A stretch of DNA of 57,847 bases, filler included, from Stramenopiles sp. TOSAG23-6 (taxonomy: Eukaryota): assembly GCA_900128565.1 (NCBI GenBank). It is 3 parts of 3 records of this genome, joined end to end, with 100 filler letters (N's around TTAATTAATTAA, not from the genome) between each part and the next. Parts side by side here need not be neighbours in the genome. Positions count along the whole stretch, not along the records: positions 1 to 19,267 come from LT636051.1; 2 more parts are not named here. One strand, given 5' to 3'. The notes beneath the pieces were generated by a model, which was not told the DNA's origin, ran no database searches, and worked only from the letters and a program-made list of their open reading frames with translations. This document shows, piece by piece, positions 1 to 13,400 of the stretch. How positions within the stretch are numbered: position 1 is the first letter of the stretch; the number at the start of each line of letters is the position of its first letter. Made by a program: the position numbers and the translations under genes.

Positions 1-53
1 TGTACCTAACAAATTTTAGTTTTTTTTTTTTGAAATATTTTTCCAAAATACAT
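1..53 (+). other. Family intron, 3' part (ends CAT)
   Basis: TGTACCTAAC...GAAATATTTTTCCAAAATACAT. Confidence 0.8.
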
Positions 54-306
54 GAATTTCCAATCATTCGTTTTCAAAATAGTGATAATTTAGTTATTGC
101 AATTATTGATAAAGAAGGAGGCGAAGATAATAAAACAATAGTTTGGCTACTAAGACGTTCTTATCACCACACAAAAGATTCTGAGTGGGAAGCGACTGGT
201 ATTTCATTTGATGAAGATACTGAAAACCGTGCTGAACCAAAAGTTTCATTTTATGGTAGCGTCACTGGAACTCCGTCAACATATCCTGCCGATCGTGGCG
301 AAAGAT
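54..306 (+). CDS. Open exon between two family introns; link to the TBC exons uncertain
   Basis: Stop-free frame EFPIIRFQ...YPADRGER. It joins the TBC frame only if the next intron ends at 404 (AC). Confidence 0.5.
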
Positions 307-406
307 GTATGTTTTATTTTGTTTCAAATTCGATTTTTTTTTCTTACGAAATTTTGTACCTAACAAATTTTAGTTTTTTTTTTTCAAATATTTTTCCAAA
401 ATACAT
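307..406 (+). other. Family intron, GT-AT (406) or GT-AC (404)
   Basis: Full family consensus; frame is kept only with an end at 404. Confidence 0.7.
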
Positions 407-3400
407 AGTGGCAAAGACTTTAATTGTCTTCAAGCATCATTGCGATTCTTTTCTTTATTGTTGCAGTACCATGATCCTAAACTCGCTAAGTTTCTTGATC
501 AATACAAACTGCCTCCATTTATGTATATACGTTTTTAACATTCATTTTTGACCTACATTTTTTGTATAGAAATTTTTTGTACTAACGAATTTTTTTTTTA
601 CTAAAAAACTAAAAAAAAAATATTTTTCATAATACATGCAACGTCATGGTTCCTTACATTATTTTCACACTCTTTAAGTTTGATCCATTTATTTCCTGTT
701 TGGGATTTTTACATTATTGAAGATAATCCATTTGCACACCATTTTCTTGCTGTGGCAGTCATGTATGTTTTCATCATTTAACCCTAATAACCCTAAATTA
801 TTTTACTATGAAAATTTTGTACCTGACGATTTTTTTTTTATTTGTACAAAAAAAAAAATATATTTTTCACAATACATGATTGATCTTGGAAGGTCTCTAA
901 TGTCAGCTGAATCTGAAACGGATGGTAGACTCAATGTGTCTAGAGATTTACTTATGCAACAATTACTTCGATGTCAGAAACGTATGTATGTTTTAGTTTT
1001 TTTTTTTGTATGAANTTTTTTTTCGTACGAAATTTTGTACCTAACGAAATTAATTTTTTTTTTTTGAAATATTTTTCCAAAATACATGAGGGTCGAAGGT
1101 CTTGGTCGTTGTGGTGGTCATATATGGTTTCATCATTCATTTCGATTTAATTTTTTTTCATACGAAATTTTGTACCTAACATTTTTGTTTTTTTAATATT
1201 TTTAATTATTCATGGTAGTGGTGTCCGAAGATTATGTGAATCCGCGAGACATCTTTTAGAAACAACTCCTCGATCGTTCACTGCGTTACTCAATGAAGTA
1301 TGTTATTCCAAATCTCAACCTAGTGCTACACTATTGAAAAAATTAGAAAGATTACCTTGTCTTGAAGTCCTACCGGGAGAACTTGTACGCAATGCAGAGG
1401 AACAACAGCGCGAGAGAGAAGTGGAGGCAGGAAATATTGTTCAAGAGATTGAACGTATATCAGTCACAAATGTTGGAGTCTCCCAAGTTGCTTCGAAATG
1501 TAAGTATTTCGTAATGGACTGTCGAAGTGTTGCATCATATGATGCTGCCCATTTCTCTATATCTTATCGATTATCGCCTGATTTACTTGATGAAGGAATG
1601 GGAGAACTCTCTGAAATTTTAGATAGTTTCTCAGCAATGAAGGAATGTAATTTATGCTTTGTCGGTGATGCATTGGATTTAAATAAAAAGGAAAGTGTAG
1701 GAAGCAAAGCTCGTACATTCATAAAAAAAGGATGTAGGTTTTTATCATCAATTTCAAAAAAAACAAAATGTATGATAAAAATGTTGTATCTGACAAACGT
1801 TTTTTTTACAAAAACAAATTATTTTTTCACAATACATGGAAACGTGGATTTACAGATAATGACGAGGATGATGATGCTGTAAAATGGGGCGTTTCGACAA
1901 GATTCGCATTGCTCTTTTTACAACGTGGATTTTCAAAGGTAGCTATTGTACCTGGTGGTTTTCCAGCTTGTTTGCGGAAGGCAGGTAGCAGAAGCTCAAT
2001 ATTTGTAAATTGTGAACCAATTGAGAGTGTAAAATGCGACAATAATGTTGGTATGGTGGAGAAATTTTTAGGTGATCATTGGGGTGGAGTAAATAAGATG
2101 TCTTCCATCAAATCTCTACGAAGAAAACAAACACCATTGCGAAATGCAACCGATGCTAATGCTAGATATGCATGGAAATCTTTTAAAGGTCTTTTTATTA
2201 GTGAAAAAACAAAACTAGCATTTCCAAAAATTCCTCTTCCACCAATAGTAACACCAATATCTTCATCTGTGCTTGCAATAAAATGGAAAGATGAAGATGA
2301 TTCTATAGACAAATTTGTACTTGAATATAAACAAGTTCCTTCAGATGGTGATGAGGTCATGACAAAATTCGGTAGAGCCACATTGTGTTGTATACGTAAA
2401 GATGGTATCGCAACTCATTCGTTACATGATTGGAAACTTGATAATGGAGGAATTGTAAATGTGTTTATACCTTTGAGAGATATATGTTTCTCTCCACCAA
2501 AAGTGATTGAGAAATTGCATGATAAAAATAGTGTTGTGAAATGTAAGCCAACGATAGTAAAAATGGAAAATGATAAATGTTTGCCAGATGATCGTTTCGA
2601 GAGTAAGGAAATTTCAAACAAAAAAGTCGTAGAGGTTTCTGAATCCAAAGTAGAGGAAATAAAAACTTTTTCTGTACAATCGAAAATAGATACTCGTCCT
2701 ACTACTTTGGAGAGCAGAAAACATTTTCGTTTGGAAACATCAACTGAATGGCTTAGAGCAAATAATAATGTTCCGATAATTTCAAAATCTAATATCGGAT
2801 TGCCTCACAAGCCTTTTCTTTTAGGCTCTGCTAAAGAAAAGGCAACAACAAAGAATCATACATTTTCTATATCTGTACCATCACCTTTGCTCCCTACATC
2901 TAGGTACTGTGTTCGATTGAGTTCTCACAATTCACAAGGCTGGAGTCATTGGTCATCCCCATCACTACCTGTTTATACTTTATCTCTAGAAGAAGAGGAG
3001 AATCGTGCAAATGAGAGAAAACGAAAGCAAGAAGAAAGAAATGTTGCTTTACAGGCACAAGTAAATATGGAAAGTCGTGAAGGATTAGTATTTTCTGTTG
3101 TATTTGATAGTGGACCTTTAGGTTTGTCACTCAAAGGTGGGAGCATTGGGGGTACCTCTGTCGCTAGAACTAAACCTAATGGTCAAGCTGAATGTCATGG
3201 GGTACAAGTTAATGATGTTGTTGTTGGTGTTGGAGATGAAACTATACTAGACGAAGATTCAGTGGAGATTGTTGTAGCGAAAGTTAAAGCCCATTCTCGA
3301 CCAGTAAAAATTAGATTTTTGCGAAAGACAACACAAGTATCCTTGAATACAAACACAAGTATGTCAAGACTGAATAGAAAGTGTCAAAATGGAAAGAAAG

Positions 3401-4218
3401 ACTCCACAGTTGATGAAAATTCTCAAAAGAAGCATACTGAAAAATCTGATGCAAGTTCATCGAAATTAGCAAATAGCCGAAATTCATTTGGTATTTCTTT
3501 TGGAAAGTTAGGAGGAAAATTTAGCAAGTTAAAGAATAAAATTATGAAAACTGAAACTCATCCTACAAAACGTAATGGTGATGTTGTAGGTCCTTCAGAA
3601 AGAGGCCTCATTAATATCTCAAAATGGCGCGAAGACCCAAAGAAACGTGGTAAATATAAAGATGTAGAAGATAGTAAAATGGAATTCTTTTCATGTTTAT
3701 CGGCTGCTGATGCTTCATTGGAGGGTGCAGATATTGATGATTCACAACGCTGGTTAGTCGTCAATGACTCTTACGTAATGTTTGTTTTATCTTTTTACAA
3801 ATTTCGAATTTTTTTTCGTACGAAATTTCGTACCTAACGATTTTTTTCAAAGTATTTTTCACAACACATGTGTATTTTAGAAGATTCGGAGTATTCTGGA
3901 TGGGGGTCACTGGAAAATAAGTTTCAGTATCGAAATCTTGTAAAAATTACAAGTAAAAAATTAGCAGAAAATGTTTTAATATTTTATATTAATTGTGTTG
4001 ATGATCATGGTCAAGTAGAACTAAAAACATTTTTTTATACAATTGTTAATGCCATGAAACGTCGAGATTGTGTTGCTTCGATTATGACGAAATATAAAGA
4101 AGCGGTACAGAAGGAGAGTTGTCTGAATGATTCCACTACAAATAAGAAATATAAAGAAGTGGTACAGAAGGATAGTCGTCTGAATGATTCCACTACAAAT
4201 AAAAGTTTATCGCCGTAA
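407..4218 (+). CDS. TBC1D23: TBC1D23-like protein, 5'-partial: TBC domain C-half, rhodanese-like, split FN3-like, PDZ, C-terminal PH-like domain. Exons 407-526, 638-762, 878-985, 1088-1121, 1214-1733, 1838-3779, 3870-4218
   Basis: Spliced translation gives LLQYHDPKLAKFLDQYKLPPFMYATSWFLTLF, LLETTPRSF, YFVMDCRS (rhodanese), FDSGPLGLSL (PDZ) and LVVNDSYVMCILE...LVKITSKKLAENVLIFY. These match the TBC1D23 domain order. Confidence 0.85.
527..637 (+). other. Family intron, AT-AT
   Basis: Removal gives PPFMY|ATSWF (TBC YAxxW). Confidence 0.8.
763..877 (+). other. Family intron, GT-AT
   Basis: Removal gives AVM|IDL. Confidence 0.85.
986..1087 (+). other. Family intron, GT-AT
   Basis: Removal gives QKRM|RVEG. 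Confidence 0.8.
1122..1213 (+). other. Family intron, AT-AT
   Basis: Removal gives GGH|GSGVRRL, in frame with TTPRSF. Confidence 0.8.
1734..1837 (+). other. Family intron, GT-AT (diverged)
   Basis: Removal gives KKG-W-KRG, linking the 182-aa and 689-aa ORFs. Confidence 0.8.
3780..3869 (+). other. Family intron, GT-AT
   Basis: Removal gives SYVM|CILE; contains the perfect palindrome GTACGAAATTTCGTAC. Confidence 0.85.
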
Positions 4219-4435
4219 TTAAGAAAACATTTTTTTGATATTCGTTTTAAATAAATATATTTTACATAAATGAGGAATATCTACGTATACCTATACGAGT
4301 TATAAAATACTTTTTATTTTGTAGAGTAAGACAACAAATTTTAATGTATCCCTCTTTTTCACTACTTATAGTTTTATTACCATATAGAATTATCTAGGTT
4401 ATTGTATTCATCTGGAGATTGTAGTTGATTTAGTT

Positions 4436-7400
4436 TTATAACCATGTAGAATCATCTGGGTTATTATATTCATTTGGAGATTGTAGTTGACTTCCATCTA
4501 TTGTATCTCCTATTTCATTTCTATCAACATCTTCTTCTTGATTGGTGCTTTCATTCTTTTGAACTTGCTTATCAGTTTTACCAAGAATTCCCATATCATT
4601 ATTTATAGGAACTACCTTATTACTGCGCTTGAAAGAAACGACTCTAGAGGGATACTGAAGCTGATGTGTATCTCTATCATTATCTTTTAAATCTTCATCT
4701 TTTATATCATCATCTACTTCCTCTTTCAGTTCATCCAGTAGTTTTTTTCTACGACGTTGTTTATGTACTAGGATTTTGTTACGACGTGTTTTTTTTTTTT
4801 TTTCGATCTGTTCTACCGTTTCGTTTCCTAAAATTTTTGCTTCTTTCAGTAATCGCTTGTGGCGTCGTCCTGCTTTTAGCAATTCAAAGAAGCTTAAAAA
4901 CCCATCATTATTCTCGTCAAATTCTTCCAATGCAAGTACATAAGGTTCGAAATATTTATCTACCCTCAAACGTATATTAGGCAACATATAAAACAGGAGA
5001 CACGCTCCATAGACACCTGCAATAATATTACCGATGATGAGAAAATCACCCAGTTTTTCATCATTAGAAGTAAACAATTTGCCAGATATTAGAAGGTTTG
5101 CATAGAATGTGATAAATATCATGATTACTAGAATCATTTGGAGAATAAAATCGGCAGTCCGTTTATATGGCCTGACCCCTGTAAGTATTGTAAGAAACAA
5201 CGCAGCAAGAGTAACACCAACCGCATTTTGTTCAATTCCTTTATCGAACGCAGTCAACATACCAGTCATCATTGCCTTTCGAACCATTTCAACAAACTCA
5301 TACCACCATATCTGTGAACGATAGCATAAAAAAAGGGAACCATATGTACTAATGACTCTGTGGTGCATATGGAGTAATTCTTTATTCTTGGATATTGCAT
5401 GAAACATCTCATTCGGCATATCCTCTTCTGCAATTAGCCAATGACGGACTTTGTATAATGATATTAAACCACAAAGAGGAATTCCTATTACATAAAGAAA
5501 TATACAGACGGTTGCTGTCAGGCGAAGTATATCATAATTTGGACCGTCGCATTCTATACTAATATCAGAAGTGAGATAATTCTTTCCATTTACAGAGAAA
5601 CAATTGAATATTTGAAAGCATCTGACGGTTAATCCTGTAATGAATTGTGATTGTATTTTAACAATGTGTAATGTTAGATTAAGATTAAAAATTTTCATTA
5701 TAAGATAGTTAAAAATAGATCGAATGCAAACTTACCTGGATACATGATAAATATTATTGCCCAAAGGACCCTCCTCGCGTTCATCTTTGCAGATTCACGC
5801 GAAAAATTAGCAGAAGGCTTACAGATAAGAATTAAAGACGCCGTTACAAACGCAAGTGATACCATTATAGCCATCAGTGGCGGCAAGGACATATGCGCAT
5901 AAAATTTTTCGGCGAAGTTTGTAGAAAAGTGACACATGTCAAAATAACCGAAGATCTTCATAAAATCCATATTAATAAAATTGCAATTCGTGCAAAATGT
6001 TTCAAATTTGCTAGGAAATGGTTCGCCTGTAGTGTGTCTCGTTTGGGATATTACTTGTAGATATGATATCAGAAGTTTAATTGTGGCTAAAAGCTCTGCC
6101 CACATATGAACTATACGATGTGACATATGATGACCTAATTGAACCTTCTTTCCATGTAAGCTTTTTCGTCGAAGTCTCTTACGGTGTTCCTTTGCTGATA
6201 TTGGCTCCCGTCTCACTTTCATACTCATTTTCCCCATAAAATCTTTTCTACCGTGTTTTGTGCTTATTTTTCTTGCTAAGGTATGTGCACTGATCGAATG
6301 TTGTCTCAATATTTGGAGTTTCTCTGCCTTAATTTCATCAACATATAAGCCTGTCTTATTTGCCTTTTCCATATTTGCTAAAACATTGTCCTGCATTATC
6401 GCAAATTTTGCTGCCAATTTTAGTTTGTGTTGTATGGATATTCTTTTTTTAGCAGCAGCATCACTAAATACAACTTGATCGGCTGACATTGTCATTATGA
6501 GTAATAACACTATATACAGTGTACAACCCATGACAATAATAACGGTATTCATCGGCGATTGTTTTTCAGGAGAAGAACTACAGTCTCTGCAATTTATATG
6601 ATTTGAATCTAGAACCCAGTTTTCACCATCTACACAACCATGTTTCCACTTCAACTGACATTCGTGTGCACAGACACCAGTATCTACCTCGTTACATTTT
6701 TCTTTGATACATTTATCAAATTTCGTCGTTGAGCAACATATACTGCATAATGGTCCAGTATGACCTTGAGCGCAATTTTGCCAATCATTACCACCAAGGC
6801 AAATTTCAAGAGCAGCGGACTCAGGAACTATATACTTTCCACAATTAATTGGACCATTTGTTGAGAATTCATGTGGTCGTAGTTTTGCGTTATCGTAGAT
6901 TTGCCAGAATCCTGGTGCAAGTGCCATTTTTCTTGTATTTACTTTTGTAAACAATGAAATACCTTTAATACAATGTTTTCTATCAGCTTCCGTCGTATTG
7001 GTGGATACACGAGCTGCTATTTCGTCACACGCACATAATGTGCCTACAGGACATGGTGAACATTGGAGTTGAAATGTCTCTTTTTCTTGGAGCATTTCTA
7101 CTGGGATATCGGTGACTGAAGAAACACCGAATTTTGCCAAATCTAAAGACGTCGTAAAGCCACTTGTTTTTCCAAGGTTTTCATCTAAAAGTGGAATTAA
7201 ATGAGCAAAATGCATAGGAGGACACTCACAACGAGAGTGTGTTTGATCGCCCAATTCGAGAAATACACCTGGGCATTTCTCTGGCACAAGTGAACCAGTG
7301 CCACAAAATTCATCTTCCTGACAGGCTCGTATTTGGTCTGCGGACCTACACGAAGAATTTGGTGGGCATACCGAAACATCAAAAGATCCACTTTCACAGT

Positions 7401-10400
7401 ATGCTGCTTCCCCTGTGTCAATTTGACAAGCTACTTTTGTTGATGGATCAGGACAATAATGACCTGCTGGACACGCTCCTCGGGAAGAGGATCCAGCTTC
7501 ACAATAGTAAGCTCTATCCTTTGAAGATGACTGAGCATTATCACATTTAACTTTTGTACTTGGTGTCGTTATATCATTACTGACGTAACTACAGTAGTGC
7601 CCCAAAGGGCAGATGCTACGCACACTACTTCCTTCAGGACAATAATCGCCCGAGCTACATCGAAGTTCGGTATCAGCGTAATTTTGATTTATGGGGCAAT
7701 AATGCCCTTTTTTGCATTTAATTGGTGAACTTCTCAATGGATGTTCAGCAGAACTGCAGTACATCCCTACGCCACAGATTTGTTCTGTCGAAGGGGTCGG
7801 GCAATAATATCCATTTTGACAGACGCCCTGTTCTACATTTGATCCGCTGCAAAATGAGCCAATCTCACAAAGTGTCTTTGAAGATGGAGTGCTACAATAA
7901 TAGTTCTCAGGGCAATTTGATACTTCTTCTTGTCGGTAAGATCGCAAATGTTCGCATGTCTTTTTATTTCGTGCGTGTGCGAGTAGGGTATAATCATTGT
8001 TAATAGCAAGGATACATCTTTCAGTGACGTTGACTAATGTTCCAACTATGAAATTATCACCTTTTCCTATAACAACTGTATAGTGATTGTTTCCGTTTGT
8101 TTTTTTACACCCAGTGCCATTATCACATTCACTAATACAGTTACCTTCCATGTCCGTACAAGATGGGATAAATCTTCCTCCAGTTACTCTCACAATCAAA
8201 TGGGCTGTTGTTTGTGTATTATTGTCACTTGATGCAGTATCCTCGGAAGTTTTAGTCTTGTCGGAAGTTTTAGTCTTGTCAGAAGTTTTAGTCTTGTCAG
8301 AAGTTTTAGTATCCTCGGACGTTTTAGTGTCCTCGGAAGTCTCATCAGAATCAGTAGATGATTCGCTTTCACGACCAACAGTCTTTACAGAAGTTGCAGA
8401 TGTCCTCGGTGTTATATACCCTAATGGAGGTATTATAGGTGCATTTATCACTATTCTAGGTAAATTATCTTCAGCGCAGTTGTTTTCTGTGTCTATAGTA
8501 ATCACTGGATTTATAACACTCCCAACATTATTTACTGAGTAAGTTCCTTTAGGTTTACATAAATCATTTTCATTTTCAAATTGCATTTCGTAGTCACCAG
8601 TTTTATATGGGCCGGGGTTTCCTCCATTGTCTACAACTGTCACAATTAGTTCTGAATTTACAAACTCCAAGGCAAGTTCTGCGTGTCCAGAGTCAATTTC
8701 TTGGGTTACTTGCATATTCCATAAATGAACAGATGTGTCATCCGGAATTGAAATAGATGGTCTTACATCACAGTTTATATCTTCATCCAACATAACAGAC
8801 CCAATATATCCTTCACTATTGACAATAAATGAACCAGATGGATCTGGTGTACATCTCCCTTCATCATTACTAAATACTACATCATATTCACCAGGAACGT
8901 AGTTTCCATGACCTTCATTAATTATACTTATATACTTGATATTGTCGCTGTCGTCAATTGTAGAGCTACCAACACCCGAATTTGTAGAGGTATCACTCCA
9001 CCCAATAACCCCACCACCGCTGATGGCATACAGCGGGTTATTTACATCAAGATCAAAAATTGTAAGGGTTGCTTCCCATTGTACACCGTCGTTTTCACAA
9101 TATCCGCCTCGGGCATCACAACTGGCAGAAGTATGCGTATTACTGCAGTATTGTCCACTAGGACATGCTTGTTGTATTGATTGACCTTCTGGGCAATAAT
9201 ATCCATTTTTACACTCTTGTCGCTCTTGTTCTTGTGCAACTGTCCAGTTTGACTTACTCCAATTTCTCCCTGCAAATACACAATCCTCATTATTTCCTAT
9301 GTCGTCTCTTCCAATACATCTTCCGCATGACCTTTCATCAGTGAAAATAATCATTGATATTTTGTCATCAGCTGAATGATGAGTTATTAATGTTTGACTA
9401 TATCCTCTTTCCACAGTCAAGGTGGAATACTCCCCACTATCCGCATCATTATAAGTTGTTATTCCTTTGACAAGAACTTTTTCCCAATATTTATTTCCAT
9501 TTGTATCAAGAATTGAATTACTGGACTCAATTTTTAATCTACTCCCAATAGATATTGGATAATTATTATCACTTAATATATCCAAAGTGCTACTGTTTAT
9601 CGTTATACTTTCCCTAAGAATAGACGTAGTCAACATACTACACTCACCTGCTGGACATCCCAAACACGCCGTGGGACAGTAGCCACCCTCTACACAACTT
9701 TGGGCTCTTACATCTTTTGAACCTTCAGTACAGTGACTACCAGCAGGACAAATTCTTTTCACTCCTGGGGTTGAACAGAAATAACCCGCTGGGCAAGGTG
9801 ATACCGTTAGGGGTTCCCCGAGTAATCTGTCTTTGCCGCAATATTGACCTGCTGTACATTGTATTAGAGTTTCAGGATTTGGGCAATAATAACCGTCGGG
9901 GCATTTTAATGGCGAAAATACTCCAACTGGACAGTATGTTCCGTTGATTTTACACGGATATTTCTCACTTGATGTGGGACAATAGTGACCCACATCACAA
10001 GGTTTTGGTTCTTCCGAACCCTCACTACAGTAATTGGCACTTACAGGACTTGGCAAAGGCTGATATTTTGTTTCCGACCAATTTAGAGAAATTTTGATGG
10101 CACTTGATTTAGTTCCACAAGGAATTTCTTCTTCAGAATATTCTCTCTTCGCTCGCCATAATTCAGTTTTTGCGATATCGCTCACAAACTCCACTTCTGG
10201 ACTCTGTTTCCAAGCACGCAAACACACATAAGTTTCATCTGGTACATTAGCCCATGTCAAATACCCCCCCACTGGAATTGTTATAGCGTTCTGTTGAAGT
10301 TCAGCATCTTTTGGGACTCCCATTACTGTTCCATGTGAATATAATTTCTCGTTTTCCTTTACGCGTGATAACGACGAATGGATATATATCATATCTCCAT

Positions 10401-13400
10401 TATATACATGTGAAATAGTTGGCGACACGTTTTTATACAAAATGTCGCCTTCGAATAAGTCGGTGAATATCCCCTCTCCGAAATCAATACTTGTCGGGCT
10501 AGTTGTCGTGACAATTCCAATATCTTTAAATGTAGACCCCCTTTGTACAAATATGTGATCACCAGAAACAAAATGTACTCTTGGATCAACACTTACAGCA
10601 ACTAATGACCCACTTTCCATGTCTGTATTCACTTTTACATTGGTTTCACTGGCAGTAAAAAATGTAAGCTCTGATGCGGATACACTAGTAATAATACCAA
10701 TTGCAGTTCCATCCTTTCGATAAGCCATTGTCTGATGATCATCAGAAGTTTGAACTTGTATTCGTGGGTCAACTCCTTCTACCGTGAGCGTTGTTTGCCC
10801 GGCTAGTATCATAGAAGAACCATCGATACTAATTCCGCGTGGTAATACTTTCAATATCGCATTAGTACCGGTATCGTTTCCGTGTGCAGTTGGAAGTTTC
10901 GAGCATTGGCCAATTTGAGTAATTGAAGTAGATGTTATTTCCCTGTTAGTTTCTGCTTTTGTCATTTCTATGGAAATGTCGCCGATTAATATCAAACCTG
11001 GGGCAAGGAAAGAGCCATATTCGATCTGTACATATATCACGTTACCTTCTGGAATCGACTTCACTCGGCCTTTTGTGCGACAAACGTTTTCAGAATTACA
11101 ATTTTGGGTAACCTTTTCGTCAATAGATATTGATTCTGTCGTGGACGCAATTATAATTTTGATGATATTACGAACCTCAAAATTGGCAATTGGTGGGATG
11201 GAACATACTCCACCCACAAATATTATTGGACCTGGTTTGTATCCTGAACCCCCGTTGACTATACTTATACCCTTAATTCCCATGTTCATTATGCGTACAC
11301 CAGTTGCACCCTGTGCAGGTGTGCTACGAAGTCTAAGCTTTTCGAGTGCTCCAACATNAACTAACGTAGGAGTTNCATTTTTATACAAATTTTCACCTTG
11401 ATGAATATTCACATATGGGACCTCAGTCAGTTTTATACTTGTATCTGATGAAGTATCAATTACACCAATTATTTGATGGTCTTTATTATAAATGGTGTCA
11501 CCTGGAGAAAAATGATGATTAACAAAATCTCCGTTGACTTCGAACGTTTTTATCCCTGAGACATCATTAACTGAATATACACTACTAGGTATTATTGTTC
11601 CAAATGTCAGAGTCAATGAACTTTCATCGGAAACGCGTTCTATGCTAAAAAGTGTTCCTATTTCAGAGAAATCTTCTTTAAAAACGCGCACTCCCGGAAC
11701 AAAATCCGCAATATAACAATCGGGGATAGGACTATCATATTCCATTGGCTTCTTTGAGTACACATTCAAAGGATCTCCACCAGAGTAATCTTCATGAATG
11801 ATGAAGTCTTCAGATGATACCTCAATAATTCCATCACTTGATTTTACGGTAATTGATTCTTTAGCTGATAGTATCAAAACCAAATTATCACTATTCAAGT
11901 CCTTTATATACCATTTGTCATTTTGTGTAAGATCCCATCGCTTAGTTTCTCCTTTGGAAATGGAAAAAGTTAAAGTTGCACTGGTTCCTTTTACAGATGC
12001 CGATAAAGATAAATTTGCAGTCATTATTAAAAATGCATTAACACTGTATTTTGTTGTATCCATTACTGTTTCGGTGTATAAGACACAATCTTTGAAAATA
12101 GGAATATCTTTATCTACACTTCCTCTTCCACGAGGGCCCGAATTGTCCACAAAACTCGGACCATAATCCAAATTAGTTGTTGTCCCCCATCCCATGGTGT
12201 CTTCCCAAGTTTCAGTGTCATCTAATCCGAATACCGATGACGCAAGTAATTTATATGAATATAATTTGTCGTCTACTTCAAGGTGTGTTGATACATTTCT
12301 CGTTAAAACAATTTCGTGATTTTGGGTATCACCGTCACTGTCTGTAACTTTCATACTTTTGATTATACCAATATTTCTTCCGTCGCTTCTAAATATATTA
12401 TCACCGATACTAAAATCCTCATACAATTTGCCACCTTGTGTGTAAAGAATGTCAAGAGATGAACTTGCTCGTATGCTAACTTCTGTCTCTATATTCGAAA
12501 AATGAATCTGAGAAACTTCTGCTTTACTGACAATACCAATGTCAGTACCATCACTCTTATAAACATGTTGCCCAGGACGAAATCTTACAATAGATTCGTC
12601 ATTGTAACCTTTGAGCTTAATGATATCAAAGTTGCCTTCACTGCAAGGAACAATTGTAGTGTCATTTATACATTTATCAACTTGTACTTTGGCATCACTC
12701 TGTAATTTCATTTTCCGCTTATATACAAAAGATGATCCGTCAATGATTGATGAATTCATAGTAACAAACTCAATTGACGAAACACTAGTTGCCTTGATGA
12801 CCCCAATCTCATCATTATATTTTGTATATGCGCGATCTCCTGGACTAAAGTGTATACTGGGATATACATCATATGAGCAACCCAGAGTTATACTTTTTGG
12901 AATATAACTGTCAGTCAAGGACTGGAAAAACACTTCCTCTACTTTGAAAATATTATGACCATTTGCTAAATCTACGATGCTAAAATAAAAAGAGGTACTA
13001 GAAATAATAGTGATTTTACCTTGAGTACAGCAATGTCTATATCTTATAGATGAAGCTTCGGTAGAGTTTCTGCAACACCCTTGATATATAAATGAATTTG
13101 TCTCTAACAATTCTCTCCAGTCATGAGATACATCAAAATTTAGAATATAATAAAAGATATTATATTGTCTCAGTTTAGTTGGTGTGATGGAAGTAGGATG
13201 ATATGCATATAATTGAGTCCCACCATGAATTTCTGATAATCGACTCGATGTTAGCGTAATTGTTTGCCTACAATTCATATCCGTAATATGGCCACTTCCT
13301 GTGTAAGATTTCATGGGTTTACTTGAATCGCCTCTTTTTACACGACTTAACCTTGTAAACACATTACTTTGACTACAATTACCCAGAAGATTTGAGTGTG

